Positions 1 through 8,678 are shown, counted from the stretch's first letter. The stretch is 25,689 bases of DNA from a virus (IMGVR_UViG_3300032218_003490:1-25689); one strand, 5' to 3'. Program-made: numbers and translations. Notes: a model not told the origin generated them from the letters alone.

Positions 1-16
1 GACGCTCTTCCGATCT
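1..16 (+). other. Illumina TruSeq adapter remnant (GACGCTCTTCCGATCT), a sequencing artefact
   Basis: Exact match to the 3' end of the Illumina Read-1 primer/adapter, located at the extreme window end. Confidence 0.95.
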
Positions 17-461
17 CTTGATATTTATCTTTTACTTCTTGTGGATACTCATTAGATAATGTTTTTGGTGAACAAAAATCTCTATCATCATTGTAAACGA
101 TACTCTCATCAGCTATCGAACTAACAAAGTCTCTAATCTCATCTTTAATAGAATACTCTCTTAGGATTCTTCTTTTGTCTCCATAAGCCTTATCCAAATA
201 AGGTATAGACTTTCTATTCAAAACAGATGCTACAGCTCTTTGTGAGAAGAAATCATACATTGAGTTACCTCTAGCAGCGTATGGATCTTCATTGATACCG
301 ATACCAACTTGGTTTCTAACAATCATATCATCATAGTTCATTCCATATGATGATAATCCTCTTAAAATTCTATTAAAAAGTCCTTTGTTTTCGACAGCAC
401 TGTTTGTGTAAGCGAAGTTGGTATTGTTACTACCTTGATTAAATTGGTTATAAGAAGCCAT
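17..461 (-). CDS. Portal protein, T4 gp20-like (N-terminal part, truncated at the contig end)
   Basis: Not in the ORF track. ATG at 461 gives MASYNQFNQG...KRRILREYSIKDEIRDFVSSIADESIVYNDD...QEVKDKYQE, open to the edge. This resembles the gp20 pattern 'YR....EVD.A..EI..DAIVY.DD...KIK.K'. A late motif lies upstream. Confidence 0.8.
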
Positions 462-484
462 CTATTTTAAAATAAGTATTTGTT

Positions 485-493
485 TATATATTA
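485..493 (-). promoter_or_regulatory. Putative late promoter TAATATATA (portal)
   Basis: Recurrent motif, about 24 nt upstream of ATG 461. Confidence 0.6.
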
Positions 494-528
494 AAATTAC
501 AATCTTCCTCCAGAGGTTTATTAAAAAC

Positions 529-556
529 AAAACCCACATTTTCAGTGTGGGTTTTT
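529..556. terminator. Rho-independent terminator
   Basis: AAAACCCACA-N7-TGTGGGTTTT hairpin with A/T tails, downstream of 574..1047(-). Confidence 0.8.
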
Positions 557-573
557 TATAGTGTTTTTAATTT

Positions 574-1047
574 TTAATTATAAAATGTTCTTTGTATTAG
601 TCTAAGATCCTCAGGTTGTAGACCTGTTTCTTTTAAGTAAGTAACTAACTCATCTTGTGAGTGAGCTAATGATATTATAGCTTTTTGAAATTTAACAACA
701 GATTTTCTATCAATAAACTTATTACCATCTCTCCAAGATATCTCACCCATATTGGATACTGAACATCCGACTCTGTGCGTATTATTTCCAGATTGAAAAA
801 CAGCTTGTAATGTCCATCCTTCTCCTGTTTTAAATATATCTAAACTTTCAAATTTAGCTTCTGGGAAAGGCTTTACATCACCAACCATAATACCAAATGT
901 CATATCATCTACAACTTTTCTAGACATATTAATAGCGTGGTCTTTAACTTCTTTAGATCTAGCTGTTTGACCAAAAGCTGAAAGTTTATCAGCAGCACTC
1001 ATATATGTTGAGTAATCTAATTCTTCAAATTTTCTTAAATGTTTCAT
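574..1047 (-). CDS. Hypothetical protein with N-terminal MKHLRKFEE tag (candidate virion internal protein)
   Basis: 157-aa ORF with the shared N-terminal motif, its own TAATATATA site (1073-1081) and a terminator. Confidence 0.75.
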   Translation of the reverse strand: MKHLRKFEELDYSTYMSAADKLSAFGQTARSKEVKDHAINMSRKVVDDMTFGIMVGDVKPFPEAKFESLDIFKTGEGWTLQAVFQSGNNTHRVGCSVSNMGEISWRDGNKFIDRKSVVKFQKAIISLAHSQDELVTYLKETGLQPEDLRLIQRTFYN

Positions 1048-1081
1048 TTAATGATTATAAATTTTATAATAGTATATATTA

Positions 1082-1777
1082 TTATCTATTTCCATATTTT
1101 TTCATATTGTTCTGAATTCTTTGAATGTGTCCTTTCAAAAGAACATACTTCTCATTAATCTCACCTCTAGCATCATAGAAATCATCCATAGTAGCTTTCA
1201 TTATTTCTTGATTTCTCTTATCTTTATCAGCTATCTTAGCCTTCCATATATCAAATAACTTACCAGGATCATATTTATTCTTAGGATGACCAGATATTAA
1301 GAACCTAGGAATAAATTCCATGTGTATTTTATGAACTAATTTAATTTGTTCAGCATTATATTCAACAATAGCATATTCAAAACCATATTTAATCAATTCA
1401 GAATACATACCATTATAATCAACTTTAAGAAATCTATTTTTTTCAAAATCTTCTTCTATTATAAATTTATCAAAAAGATAAACTCTTATCTCTAAAGGTA
1501 TAAAGTTAAAATTGACACCAAATATTATTGTATATTTTCCAATTTTTTTGAAATTAGTTACAAATATTGGAGAATACATCATCCAGTTAGAGCTATCTAA
1601 ATAATGTAAATGATAAAATCCACCTGGTTTTATATCCTTTATAGATATTGATAAAACATCTTTATCCGATTTTTGATACTTGTCATAAAAATAAAGTGAA
1701 TTATTCTTAAAGTTATCAGCGAGTCCATCACCGTGTACTAACATTCTAATACCTACTCTATCTACTAATTCTCCCAT
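1082..1777 (-). CDS. DNA end protector protein, T4 gp2-like
   Basis: IKPGGFYHLHY...YSPIFV...IFGVNFNFIP resembles gp2 'PG..Y.F.Y...FPLI...GLNLHYLP', and the gene is adjacent to gp4. Start moved to ATG 1777 (MGELVDR) because the longer ORF overlaps gp4. Confidence 0.65.
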   Translation of the reverse strand: MGELVDRVGIRMLVHGDGLADNFKNNSLYFYDKYQKSDKDVLSISIKDIKPGGFYHLHYLDSSNWMMYSPIFVTNFKKIGKYTIIFGVNFNFIPLEIRVYLFDKFIIEEDFEKNRFLKVDYNGMYSELIKYGFEYAIVEYNAEQIKLVHKIHMEFIPRFLISGHPKNKYDPGKLFDIWKAKIADKDKRNQEIMKATMDDFYDARGEINEKYVLLKGHIQRIQNNMKKYGNR

Positions 1778-1791
1778 GAAAAAAGGTTTTC

Positions 1792-1805
1792 TTTTATATA
1801 TAAAA
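1792..1805. promoter_or_regulatory. Palindromic bidirectional late-promoter candidate TTTTATATATAAAA
   Basis: Perfect 14-bp palindrome centred between divergent starts at 1777(-) and 1822(+). Confidence 0.6.
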
Positions 1806-1821
1806 TAAACTAATCCAAGGT

Positions 1822-2349
1822 ATGTTAAATTCAAAACCAAATAATTCAAATTACAATCAAGGAAACTATGTACCTAAGAATAAGGACAAGGTAATTAAAC
1901 TTAACACACAAGGTGGAGTTTATTTCAGAAGTTCTTGGGAAAAGAAAATAATGCACTGGTTAGATAATAATAGCACTATAACTAAATGGGGAGCTGAATG
2001 TTTGAGAATACCTTATCAAATGACTCACTTTGATAATGGAGACACTAGAATAAAAGAACATTCTTATTTTCCTGACTTTTACTATGAAATGAGGCTATCA
2101 GATGGAACGCTTAAACAAGTTGTTGTAGAAGTTAAGCCAATGAAAGAATTTCAAATGGTTCAAGACTTAAATGAAGGTAAGTTAAATGTACCGGAAACTG
2201 GTATGAAAAAGTTGAAAAACTTTGAATATGATCTAAAGATGGCTTATAAGAATAAACAAAAGTGGGAAACTATGATTAATTGGTGTAATAAGAAAGGTTA
2301 TGACTTTATAATCATAACCGAACAACATCTAAAAAAGTTTAACCTTTAA
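1822..2349 (+). CDS. Head completion nuclease, T4 gp4-like (TnsA N-terminal endonuclease fold)
   Basis: QGNYVPKNKDK, YFRSSWE, KWGAE..IPY, YFPDFY, VEVKP, KW...WC.KKGYDFIIITE. Confidence 0.9.
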   Translation: MLNSKPNNSNYNQGNYVPKNKDKVIKLNTQGGVYFRSSWEKKIMHWLDNNSTITKWGAECLRIPYQMTHFDNGDTRIKEHSYFPDFYYEMRLSDGTLKQVVVEVKPMKEFQMVQDLNEGKLNVPETGMKKLKNFEYDLKMAYKNKQKWETMINWCNKKGYDFIIITEQHLKKFNL

Positions 2350-2683
2350 TTTTGTATACTAGTATTATCATTATAAATATGATTGAAATACTAGGTAATA
2401 AATTATCCCAGATAATATAAAGTTTTCTATTTATATGATAAAATAGAAATCTAATAAGATGTAATGAACCAAGAAACATAAACAGCTCTGATTGAGACGA
2501 CCACAATCCTATAACTATCCAAATCCAAAATAGGATTCTCAATAAATAATGAGCGATGTCTATACTTTTAGTAGCTTCAACATCTCTATTTTTCATATTC
2601 AAATCCAATCTAGGTTTATTAAATACATAATAAACCTCATTGAGGGCAAAAATTATAAGTAATAAGTAGAATAGTGTAATCAT
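2339..2683 (-). CDS. Hypothetical membrane protein
   Basis: 114 aa with 3-4 hydrophobic segments; ATGA overlap with the upstream gene. Confidence 0.7.
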   Translation of the reverse strand: MITLFYLLLIIFALNEVYYVFNKPRLDLNMKNRDVEATKSIDIAHYLLRILFWIWIVIGLWSSQSELFMFLGSLHLIRFLFYHINRKLYIIWDNLLPSISIIFIMIILVYKIKG

Positions 2684-2985
2684 ATCTCAATAGTGTTAAA
2701 TATTATTTCATCAAATTTAAGAAGATTCTGAAAAGCAGGTTCTGATAGTTTCAAAGTTCCATCTTTCTCAACTAAATCATATATTTTATCAGGAACAAAA
2801 GCAATAACCTCATCCCCAACTATTCTATCATATTCAGAAGGAACATTAGAGATATCTCTTCCTTTATAAATTTCAGAAATATACTTGTTTCTTTCAATAG
2901 AATCGATGTGTAAAGAACACCCATCACTTAAAAATCCGTCTTTCATATTGGACTCTTCCCAAAGTTGTAAAATAATCTTGTTCAT
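2680..2985 (-). CDS. Hypothetical phage protein (WEES...DG.SLH type)
   Basis: 101-aa ORF containing QLWEES...DGCSLH; translationally coupled to the next gene. Confidence 0.7.
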   Translation of the reverse strand: MNKIILQLWEESNMKDGFLSDGCSLHIDSIERNKYISEIYKGRDISNVPSEYDRIVGDEVIAFVPDKIYDLVEKDGTLKLSEPAFQNLLKFDEIIFNTIEI

Positions 2986-3019
2986 TTTTTAAATTTATAA
3001 ATATTTTACTAAACATTTT

Positions 3020-3045
3020 AAACAAAGTTGAGTAAAAGTTATAAA
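3020..3045 (+). promoter_or_regulatory. Putative middle-class promoter AAAC-N16-TATAAA
   Basis: Same spacing as the motifs upstream of the gp55-like and gp44-like genes. Confidence 0.4.
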
Positions 3046-3061
3046 ATAAAAAAAACTAAAT

Positions 3062-4144
3062 ATGCAAAATATCAAATTAGAGTACATTTGGCTAGATGGT
3101 TCAAACCCTCAACAGATTAGGTCCAAAACTAAAATTGTTAACTTAGAAGCACTTGAAGGAGAAACAAATATTTTTGAATCTTTTAAAAATGGAACAAGAA
3201 AAGCACCTGTTTGGAACTTTGATGGGTCTTCTACTTATCAAGCAGAAACATCAAAATCAGAATTACTGTTAGTACCAGTTAATTTCTTTCTTCACCCATT
3301 AGTTGCTAGAACAATCATTGTGTTAGCTGAAGTTTATAACACTGATATGACACCACACCACACCAACACAAGAAGAGGTATGATGAATGTTATAGAAAAA
3401 CATGACGATGAAACAATGTATGGTTTTGAACAAGAGTACTTTATTTATGATAATGAAACCAACAAACCATTAGGATGGCCTTCAACACAAGGTTCTTTCC
3501 CTAAACCACAAGGTGATTATTACTGTGCTGTAGGAGCTAACAATGTTAGTGGAAGAGCATTTGTAGAAGAACACGTTGATCTTTGTTTAGGAGCTGGTTT
3601 ATTAGTATCTGGTATAAACGCAGAGGTTGCTTTAGGACAATGGGAATATCAAATTGGTCCGGTACCAGCAGAAGATGGTTCTGACCAACTTTGGGTATCT
3701 AGATATCTTCTTTACAGATTGAGTGAGAAATATAACTACAGAATTGAATTAGATCCGAAACCTTTCAAAGGTAATGATTGGAATGGTTCAGGAATGCACG
3801 TTAACTTCTCTACTAAAACAATCAGAGAAGATAAAGAAAACAAAAAAGCAATCGCTGAACAAATGTGTAAGAAATTAGAAAAGAAACACAAAGAACATAT
3901 TGCTATCTATGGTGTTAATAATGAACACAGATTAACTGGAGCAAATGAAACATCATCTATGGATAAATTTGGATGGGGAATTGGAGATAGAACTAAATCT
4001 ATTAGAATTCCTTCTTCTATTAATGAAGCAAACGCTGTTGGATATATCGAAGATAGAAGACCATCATCAAATGCAGATCCTTATCTAATTGTAGAAAAAA
4101 TGATTACAACTATTTTAGGGGATGTAGTTCCTGAGTTAAACTAA
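3062..4144 (+). CDS. glnII: Glutamine synthetase type II (auxiliary metabolic gene)
   Basis: LEYIWLDG, RSKTK, WNFDGSST.QA, GFEQEY, PQGDYYC, GINAEV..GQWEYQIG, PKP..DWNGSGMH.NFST, RLTG..ET, R..SIRIP, GYIEDRRPSSNADPY; 360 aa. Confidence 0.97.
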   Translation: MQNIKLEYIWLDGSNPQQIRSKTKIVNLEALEGETNIFESFKNGTRKAPVWNFDGSSTYQAETSKSELLLVPVNFFLHPLVARTIIVLAEVYNTDMTPHHTNTRRGMMNVIEKHDDETMYGFEQEYFIYDNETNKPLGWPSTQGSFPKPQGDYYCAVGANNVSGRAFVEEHVDLCLGAGLLVSGINAEVALGQWEYQIGPVPAEDGSDQLWVSRYLLYRLSEKYNYRIELDPKPFKGNDWNGSGMHVNFSTKTIREDKENKKAIAEQMCKKLEKKHKEHIAIYGVNNEHRLTGANETSSMDKFGWGIGDRTKSIRIPSSINEANAVGYIEDRRPSSNADPYLIVEKMITTILGDVVPELN

Positions 4145-4160
4145 AATAAGATATAAAAAG

Positions 4161-4186
4161 AAAACCTCTCAATTTGAGAGGTTTTT
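4161..4186. terminator. Bidirectional rho-independent terminator
   Basis: AAAACCTCTCAA-T-TTGAGAGGTTTT between convergent genes. Confidence 0.85.
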
Positions 4187-4209
4187 TAGTTTAAATATGT
4201 TTTTAATTT

Positions 4210-4575
4210 TTAGAGTGAGTGTAGTCCCATTCCATCATTTGACCCTTCTATTGAGATTAATTTAATTAAGTGGTCGTTATCACCTTTTTTCTTATAAAGT
4301 TCGTTATAACCTTTAGCAATTCCTCTTTTGAACACTTCAGTAAAGTAGGCGAATGCGTTTACTGATTTTTCTTCGTTGAAATTATACCAGTTTTGGAACA
4401 TATCTAATAATCCGGATTGGTAACAATCTAACTTATCATCATTAGACCAATATCTCATTTTTTTGATTGTTTTCTTTGCTAGTAACTCTAGCATTTTCTC
4501 GGCGTTTCTTGTTAGTTTTCCTTGAGCTTTTGAAACGATAACCTCAATGTATAAATCTTTGTTGTTTAGATACAT
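4210..4575 (-). CDS. Late-transcription sigma factor, T4 gp55-like
   Basis: YLNNKDLY...LLAKK...D.Y..GL......NFNEEKS.NAFAYFT is the typical gp55-family pattern; 121 aa. Confidence 0.85.
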   Translation of the reverse strand: MYLNNKDLYIEVIVSKAQGKLTRNAEKMLELLAKKTIKKMRYWSNDDKLDCYQSGLLDMFQNWYNFNEEKSVNAFAYFTEVFKRGIAKGYNELYKKKGDNDHLIKLISIEGSNDGMGLHSL

Positions 4576-4631
4576 CCATATAATTTATTTTTTGGAATTT
4601 AGGAGTTATTCACTCTTAAATGCTTTCATGT

Positions 4632-4657
4632 TATATACATGCAACATGAAAAAGTTT
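4632..4657 (-). promoter_or_regulatory. Putative middle-class promoter AAACTTT-N13-TATATA overlapping a 9-bp inverted repeat
   Basis: Identical arms and spacing to 7237-7262(+). Confidence 0.5.
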
Positions 4658-4667
4658 TGTAATAAAA

Positions 4668-4695
4668 AAAATCCTCAAATTTCTTTGAGGATTTT
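4668..4695 (-). terminator. Rho-independent terminator
   Basis: AAAATCCTCAAA-N4-TTTGAGGATTTT with a U-run on the minus strand, downstream of 4715..5998. Confidence 0.8.
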
Positions 4696-4714
4696 CAATA
4701 TATTTTAATACTAA

Positions 4715-5998
4715 TTAAGCTTTTGTTCTTTCTTTGTATTGTAATTCTTTAGTAGCTTGTAACTCAACATCAAGAGATGATTTTCTTTTCTCTAAATTAT
4801 TTAAAGCTGTTGTTAAAACTTCTGATTCACCAATCATTTGGATAGAACCTTTAACTTTTTCAATATTGAAATTAACATCTTCTAATTTAAGAGTGATTTC
4901 TCTTTCTTTATCTTCAAGTTTTCTTTTAACGATTAACTCTTTATCTAATCTGTTTTCATAAAAATAAGTTAAGTCATAGTTTAATTCGTTTCTTACTTCA
5001 TTAACCAACTCTAAAGCTGATTCATATTTGAAGAATGAATTACCATATCTCTCATCACATCTGTAAAGGAATGTGTTGTTCTTATAATTGAAAGCAAAAA
5101 TTTCTAAATAAGGATTGATTAAGTTGTTAACTCTTTTTACAACATCTAATTCTACAAATTTATCTAAGTTTTTAGACACTTCAAGTAAAATAGGGTAAAA
5201 GTTTTTGTTAACGATAGGAATGATAGGAGAAGAGAATAAAGACTCTAATGTAGTTTCATCATTCATCTCATCATCATTTATGAAAAGATTACTTTTCTTA
5301 CCTACTGAAAGACCAATTGTTAAGTATTCAGAAATTCTGAAGTTAACTCTATCTTCTGAAACTTGTGCATATTTCATAGCTGTTTCTAACATTCTTAAAG
5401 ATTTCAAAGTTTCTTCATCTTTAACATTGTTTTCTAATAATGTTTTTTCAATTGTGTTCTCAGTTAATAAAAACCAAGAATCTTTAACTAAAGCAACGTG
5501 ACCATCTTCAACTTGTTCAACAATAGTGAATGTAGATTCACCTTTACCACCACTTAAAAGATTAGTTCTTTTTTCTGGAGATTTTGTTAAGTTATGAACA
5601 AACAATTTAACTTCTGGAACCCAGTCATAAATAGCTAATTCATTAAGAATTTTTGACATTCTATCTTGATCAGTTTCTAAATTTATAGTTTGAAGAACCA
5701 CGTTCAAAGGTTGTCTGTATAACTCACCTTGGTTTTTAGAATTAAGAACATTGTATAAACTCTTTAGTTCATATAATAACTCATAGTTTTTCATGTCATC
5801 ATTAAGGTCTTCCAATAAAGCTTTAACACTCTTATCATATGTGTATGGTTTAAGTCTTTCATTCAAAGAAAGAACTATAGACTTTTCAGATAATTCGTTA
5901 CAAGCATTCATATGCCCTTCAACGATTCCCGAAATTTCCTCCTGGTCAAGAGTTAAGTTCTTTTTGAAGTTAAACAATTCAAGTTTAAGATTCTTCAT
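4715..5998 (-). CDS. Hypothetical protein with C-terminal coiled coil, probably late/structural
   Basis: 427-aa ORF with a TAATATATA site at 6027-6035 and its own terminator. Confidence 0.8.
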   Translation of the reverse strand: MKNLKLELFNFKKNLTLDQEEISGIVEGHMNACNELSEKSIVLSLNERLKPYTYDKSVKALLEDLNDDMKNYELLYELKSLYNVLNSKNQGELYRQPLNVVLQTINLETDQDRMSKILNELAIYDWVPEVKLFVHNLTKSPEKRTNLLSGGKGESTFTIVEQVEDGHVALVKDSWFLLTENTIEKTLLENNVKDEETLKSLRMLETAMKYAQVSEDRVNFRISEYLTIGLSVGKKSNLFINDDEMNDETTLESLFSSPIIPIVNKNFYPILLEVSKNLDKFVELDVVKRVNNLINPYLEIFAFNYKNNTFLYRCDERYGNSFFKYESALELVNEVRNELNYDLTYFYENRLDKELIVKRKLEDKEREITLKLEDVNFNIEKVKGSIQMIGESEVLTTALNNLEKRKSSLDVELQATKELQYKERTKA

Positions 5999-6095
5999 AT
6001 TTTAAAATATTTTTTTTTATATACTCTATATATTATAGATAAAAAGTCATTTTTTACCATTTTATAAAATTGAGTATTTTATATGTTTTTATTTA

Positions 6096-7217
6096 TTACG
6101 GTGTGTTATTTCCATTTGGATTTCTATCACTTATGTTATTTCCATTAGGATTTTTGTTAACAATATTAGATTTTTCTCTTGATTTTAATATATTATTAAA
6201 CCATCTCGATCTTCTAGGAGTAATAGCATAAAAGTCAGAATTGGCGAAAGTTCCATATTGGTCACCCGGACTACCAGCACCCTTTGTATTATAGAAACTA
6301 CCTGTTGTTCCAATAGGATCAACCTGAGGAACACCAATTTTTGGTTGTTTAGCGTCAATTGGTGGAATAAATGGAGGAATAGGATCACCAGGGACTCTAT
6401 TAGGAGGTATAACACCACCCGGTCCATTAACAACACCAGAAATAGGAGTATTACCTGGGGTACCTGGATCACCCGTACCACCACCAGGTTGGTCAAATAA
6501 ACTAGAAACTCCACCAGCTAAAGCAAATCCATTACCATCAACCATACCAGTTCCATATTGCTGAGGATATCCAACACCATTAACTCTATCACTTCTAAAT
6601 GCCGGATAGTAAGTTTCAACAGTGAAAGAAACTTTTAATTTGATATTATTATCAGATGTTAGATTTTTTTCTCTAGACATTTCAATTGAATTAGTATCCG
6701 GCATTAAAATAACAGCATCTATATTCATAAAATTATATTCAAAATACATAAACTTATAAATCCAAAGAGTATCCATAATAGCCTGACTACATTTGAATGT
6801 GTCAATTTCAGAACTAAGTAATATTTCTAAATCATAATTAACTGTAACCGGAACGGCTCTAACTTTACCAAGAACTTTTCTAATCTCAACCTCATTCTCA
6901 ACAACCATTCTCAACCAAACATTAGGGTTAGCAAACTCATCAGACTTAATATTAAAACCAGTCATGGTTAAATGACCCCTTGGTACCATATCAGTATTTA
7001 ATTCAACAAATCTGTTTTCCGAAACCACGTCATCAGCAAAAGAATCTAGGAGAAATCTTTCATCACCAGAAAGTGAATAGTAGAAAGGAACTTGAACAAA
7101 TACATCACCAGATGTAAATCTATTCAACCATTTTATTTGTCCTTCTAATGTATCTAATACACAAACTGTCAAGTCTCTGAAAAATACATCTTCAAAATTA
7201 AATCTATCTCCTATCAT
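6096..7217 (-). CDS. Tail terminator / sheath stabiliser, T4 gp15-like, with Gly/Pro-rich C-terminal extension
   Basis: VPFYYS..ERF, PRGHLTMTGF, AVPVTVNYDLEI, F.VETYYP follow the gp15/gp3 fold pattern; late motif at 7223-7231. Confidence 0.7.
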   Translation of the reverse strand: MIGDRFNFEDVFFRDLTVCVLDTLEGQIKWLNRFTSGDVFVQVPFYYSLSGDERFLLDSFADDVVSENRFVELNTDMVPRGHLTMTGFNIKSDEFANPNVWLRMVVENEVEIRKVLGKVRAVPVTVNYDLEILLSSEIDTFKCSQAIMDTLWIYKFMYFEYNFMNIDAVILMPDTNSIEMSREKNLTSDNNIKLKVSFTVETYYPAFRSDRVNGVGYPQQYGTGMVDGNGFALAGGVSSLFDQPGGGTGDPGTPGNTPISGVVNGPGGVIPPNRVPGDPIPPFIPPIDAKQPKIGVPQVDPIGTTGSFYNTKGAGSPGDQYGTFANSDFYAITPRRSRWFNNILKSREKSNIVNKNPNGNNISDRNPNGNNTP

Positions 7218-7236
7218 AACGATATATATTAAATAT

Positions 7237-7262
7237 AAACTTTCTCTTCATGAAATTATATA
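7237..7262 (+). promoter_or_regulatory. Putative middle-class promoter AAACTTT-N13-TATATA
   Basis: Matches the element upstream of the gp55-like gene. Confidence 0.5.
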
Positions 7263-7290
7263 CCTATTACCTAACAAATTTATATCAACT

Positions 7291-8253
7291 ATGAGTGTAA
7301 AATCATTATTACTTTGGGAAAAATGGCGTCCTAAAAACATAGACGAGGTAATCTTACTACCTAGAATAAGAAAGCAATTTGAGAATGGAATTTCTCAACA
7401 TTGTATTTTATATGGTCATTATGGAACAGGTAAAACTAGTTTAGCTAGAATACTTATCGGTAAATATACCAAAGAAACTCCTTGTTTAGAATTGAATTGT
7501 TCAATGGATACATCTATTGATGTTTTAAGAGAAGAAATTCAAAACTTCTGTAAGTTTACACCAATGATGGAAACAGAATCAGATATAAAATATGTTTTTC
7601 TTGATGAGTTTGAAAGAGTTTCAATACAGTTCCAAGACGCTTTCAAAGCTTTCATTGAAAAGTATAACAAGAATGTTAGATTCATTATCACAACCAATCA
7701 CTTAAATAAGATTTCTGATGGTATAAAGTCAAGAATTCCTCAAATAAACTTTGATTGTCAAGGATTTGATGAAGAAAAATATCTTAAAACTGAACTATAC
7801 AAAAGAATAAACAATGTAATTCTACCTGAAGAGGGTAAACAAATACCTAAAGAAGATTTAATTTCTATAATAACTAAAAAGTTTCCAGACTTTAGGTCTA
7901 TAATGGTTGAAGTTCAAAACTATTTAGAAACAGGTGATTTAGGATCTAATTCATCTAATGTATCTAACAAGGTTAAATTAGAATTATATAACTCAATATA
8001 TGACAAATCATTAGATTATGAAAAAATATATCATTTCTTAATGACTAATTTTGGAGCTGATAAAATTGATGTAATGATAAAACTATTAGGCAAACCATTT
8101 ATCGATTGGTCAATATCTGAAAGAAAAAATATAGACAAACTTTTTGACTGTAATTATATAATCGCAGACTATTCTTCAAAGTTAGAAACCAACACGGACC
8201 CTATTGTATTAGGATTAACGATAGTTGGTAAATTCAGAGATACTTTATTGTAA
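7291..8253 (+). CDS. Sliding-clamp loader subunit, T4 gp44 / RFC small-subunit-like AAA+ ATPase
   Basis: WEKWRPK, Walker A GHYGTGKTS, Walker B VFLDEFE, RFIITTN, SR, FPDFR. Confidence 0.93.
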   Translation: MSVKSLLLWEKWRPKNIDEVILLPRIRKQFENGISQHCILYGHYGTGKTSLARILIGKYTKETPCLELNCSMDTSIDVLREEIQNFCKFTPMMETESDIKYVFLDEFERVSIQFQDAFKAFIEKYNKNVRFIITTNHLNKISDGIKSRIPQINFDCQGFDEEKYLKTELYKRINNVILPEEGKQIPKEDLISIITKKFPDFRSIMVEVQNYLETGDLGSNSSNVSNKVKLELYNSIYDKSLDYEKIYHFLMTNFGADKIDVMIKLLGKPFIDWSISERKNIDKLFDCNYIIADYSSKLETNTDPIVLGLTIVGKFRDTLL

Positions 8254-8284
8254 ATAAGAGCCATAATATATTAATATATATGTT

Positions 8285-8659
8285 ATGGCTTTCGACTTTA
8301 CAGACTTTTATATAGAATATCCAGGACATCCCAGATTCAGAGATTTACAAATCATAGAAGATGATGTTGTTAGGATAATATTACAAAAATGGGAAATGAT
8401 ATTATTCACAAACAAAGGTGAACTATTTTTCGAACCTAATTTTGGAGGAGATTTAGAAAAACTTTTATTTGAAACTAGATTATCAGCTGAAACAGTAGAA
8501 GGTGATTTAAAAGGTCAAATAAATTCTTATATAAGTGAATTAAATACCGTTCCATATACACTCAAAGTAACATTCTACGAAGACCCTGAGAGATATCAAG
8601 AATATATGGAAGTTTATTTTTCTCTAGCTGACTATGAAATATACGCTGTAATTAGTTAA
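8285..8659 (+). CDS. Baseplate wedge / sheath initiator, gp25-like
   Basis: ILFTNKGE.FFEPNFGGDLEKLLFE; 124 aa; late motif at 8272-8280. Confidence 0.85.
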   Translation: MAFDFTDFYIEYPGHPRFRDLQIIEDDVVRIILQKWEMILFTNKGELFFEPNFGGDLEKLLFETRLSAETVEGDLKGQINSYISELNTVPYTLKVTFYEDPERYQEYMEVYFSLADYEIYAVIS

Positions 8660-8678
8660 ATATTTTTATATATACAAT

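Noticed and set aside
1778-1849. N-terminal 24 aa of the 255-aa ORF
   Set aside because: It overlaps the gp4 start and the promoter palindrome; ATG 1777 is the more plausible start.
1822-2349. TnsA-like nuclease as a Tn7 transposon
   Set aside because: No TnsB/TnsC or transposon ends; the context matches T4 gp4.
2339-2683. Holin assignment for the small membrane protein
   Set aside because: No adjacent endolysin or late motif; hydrophobicity alone is insufficient.
4734-6005. Plus-strand ORFs 4734, 5205 and 5793
   Set aside because: Antisense shadows of the 427-aa gene.
6185-6514. Alternative ORFs within the gp15-like tail
   Set aside because: By-products of a GC-richer low-complexity segment.
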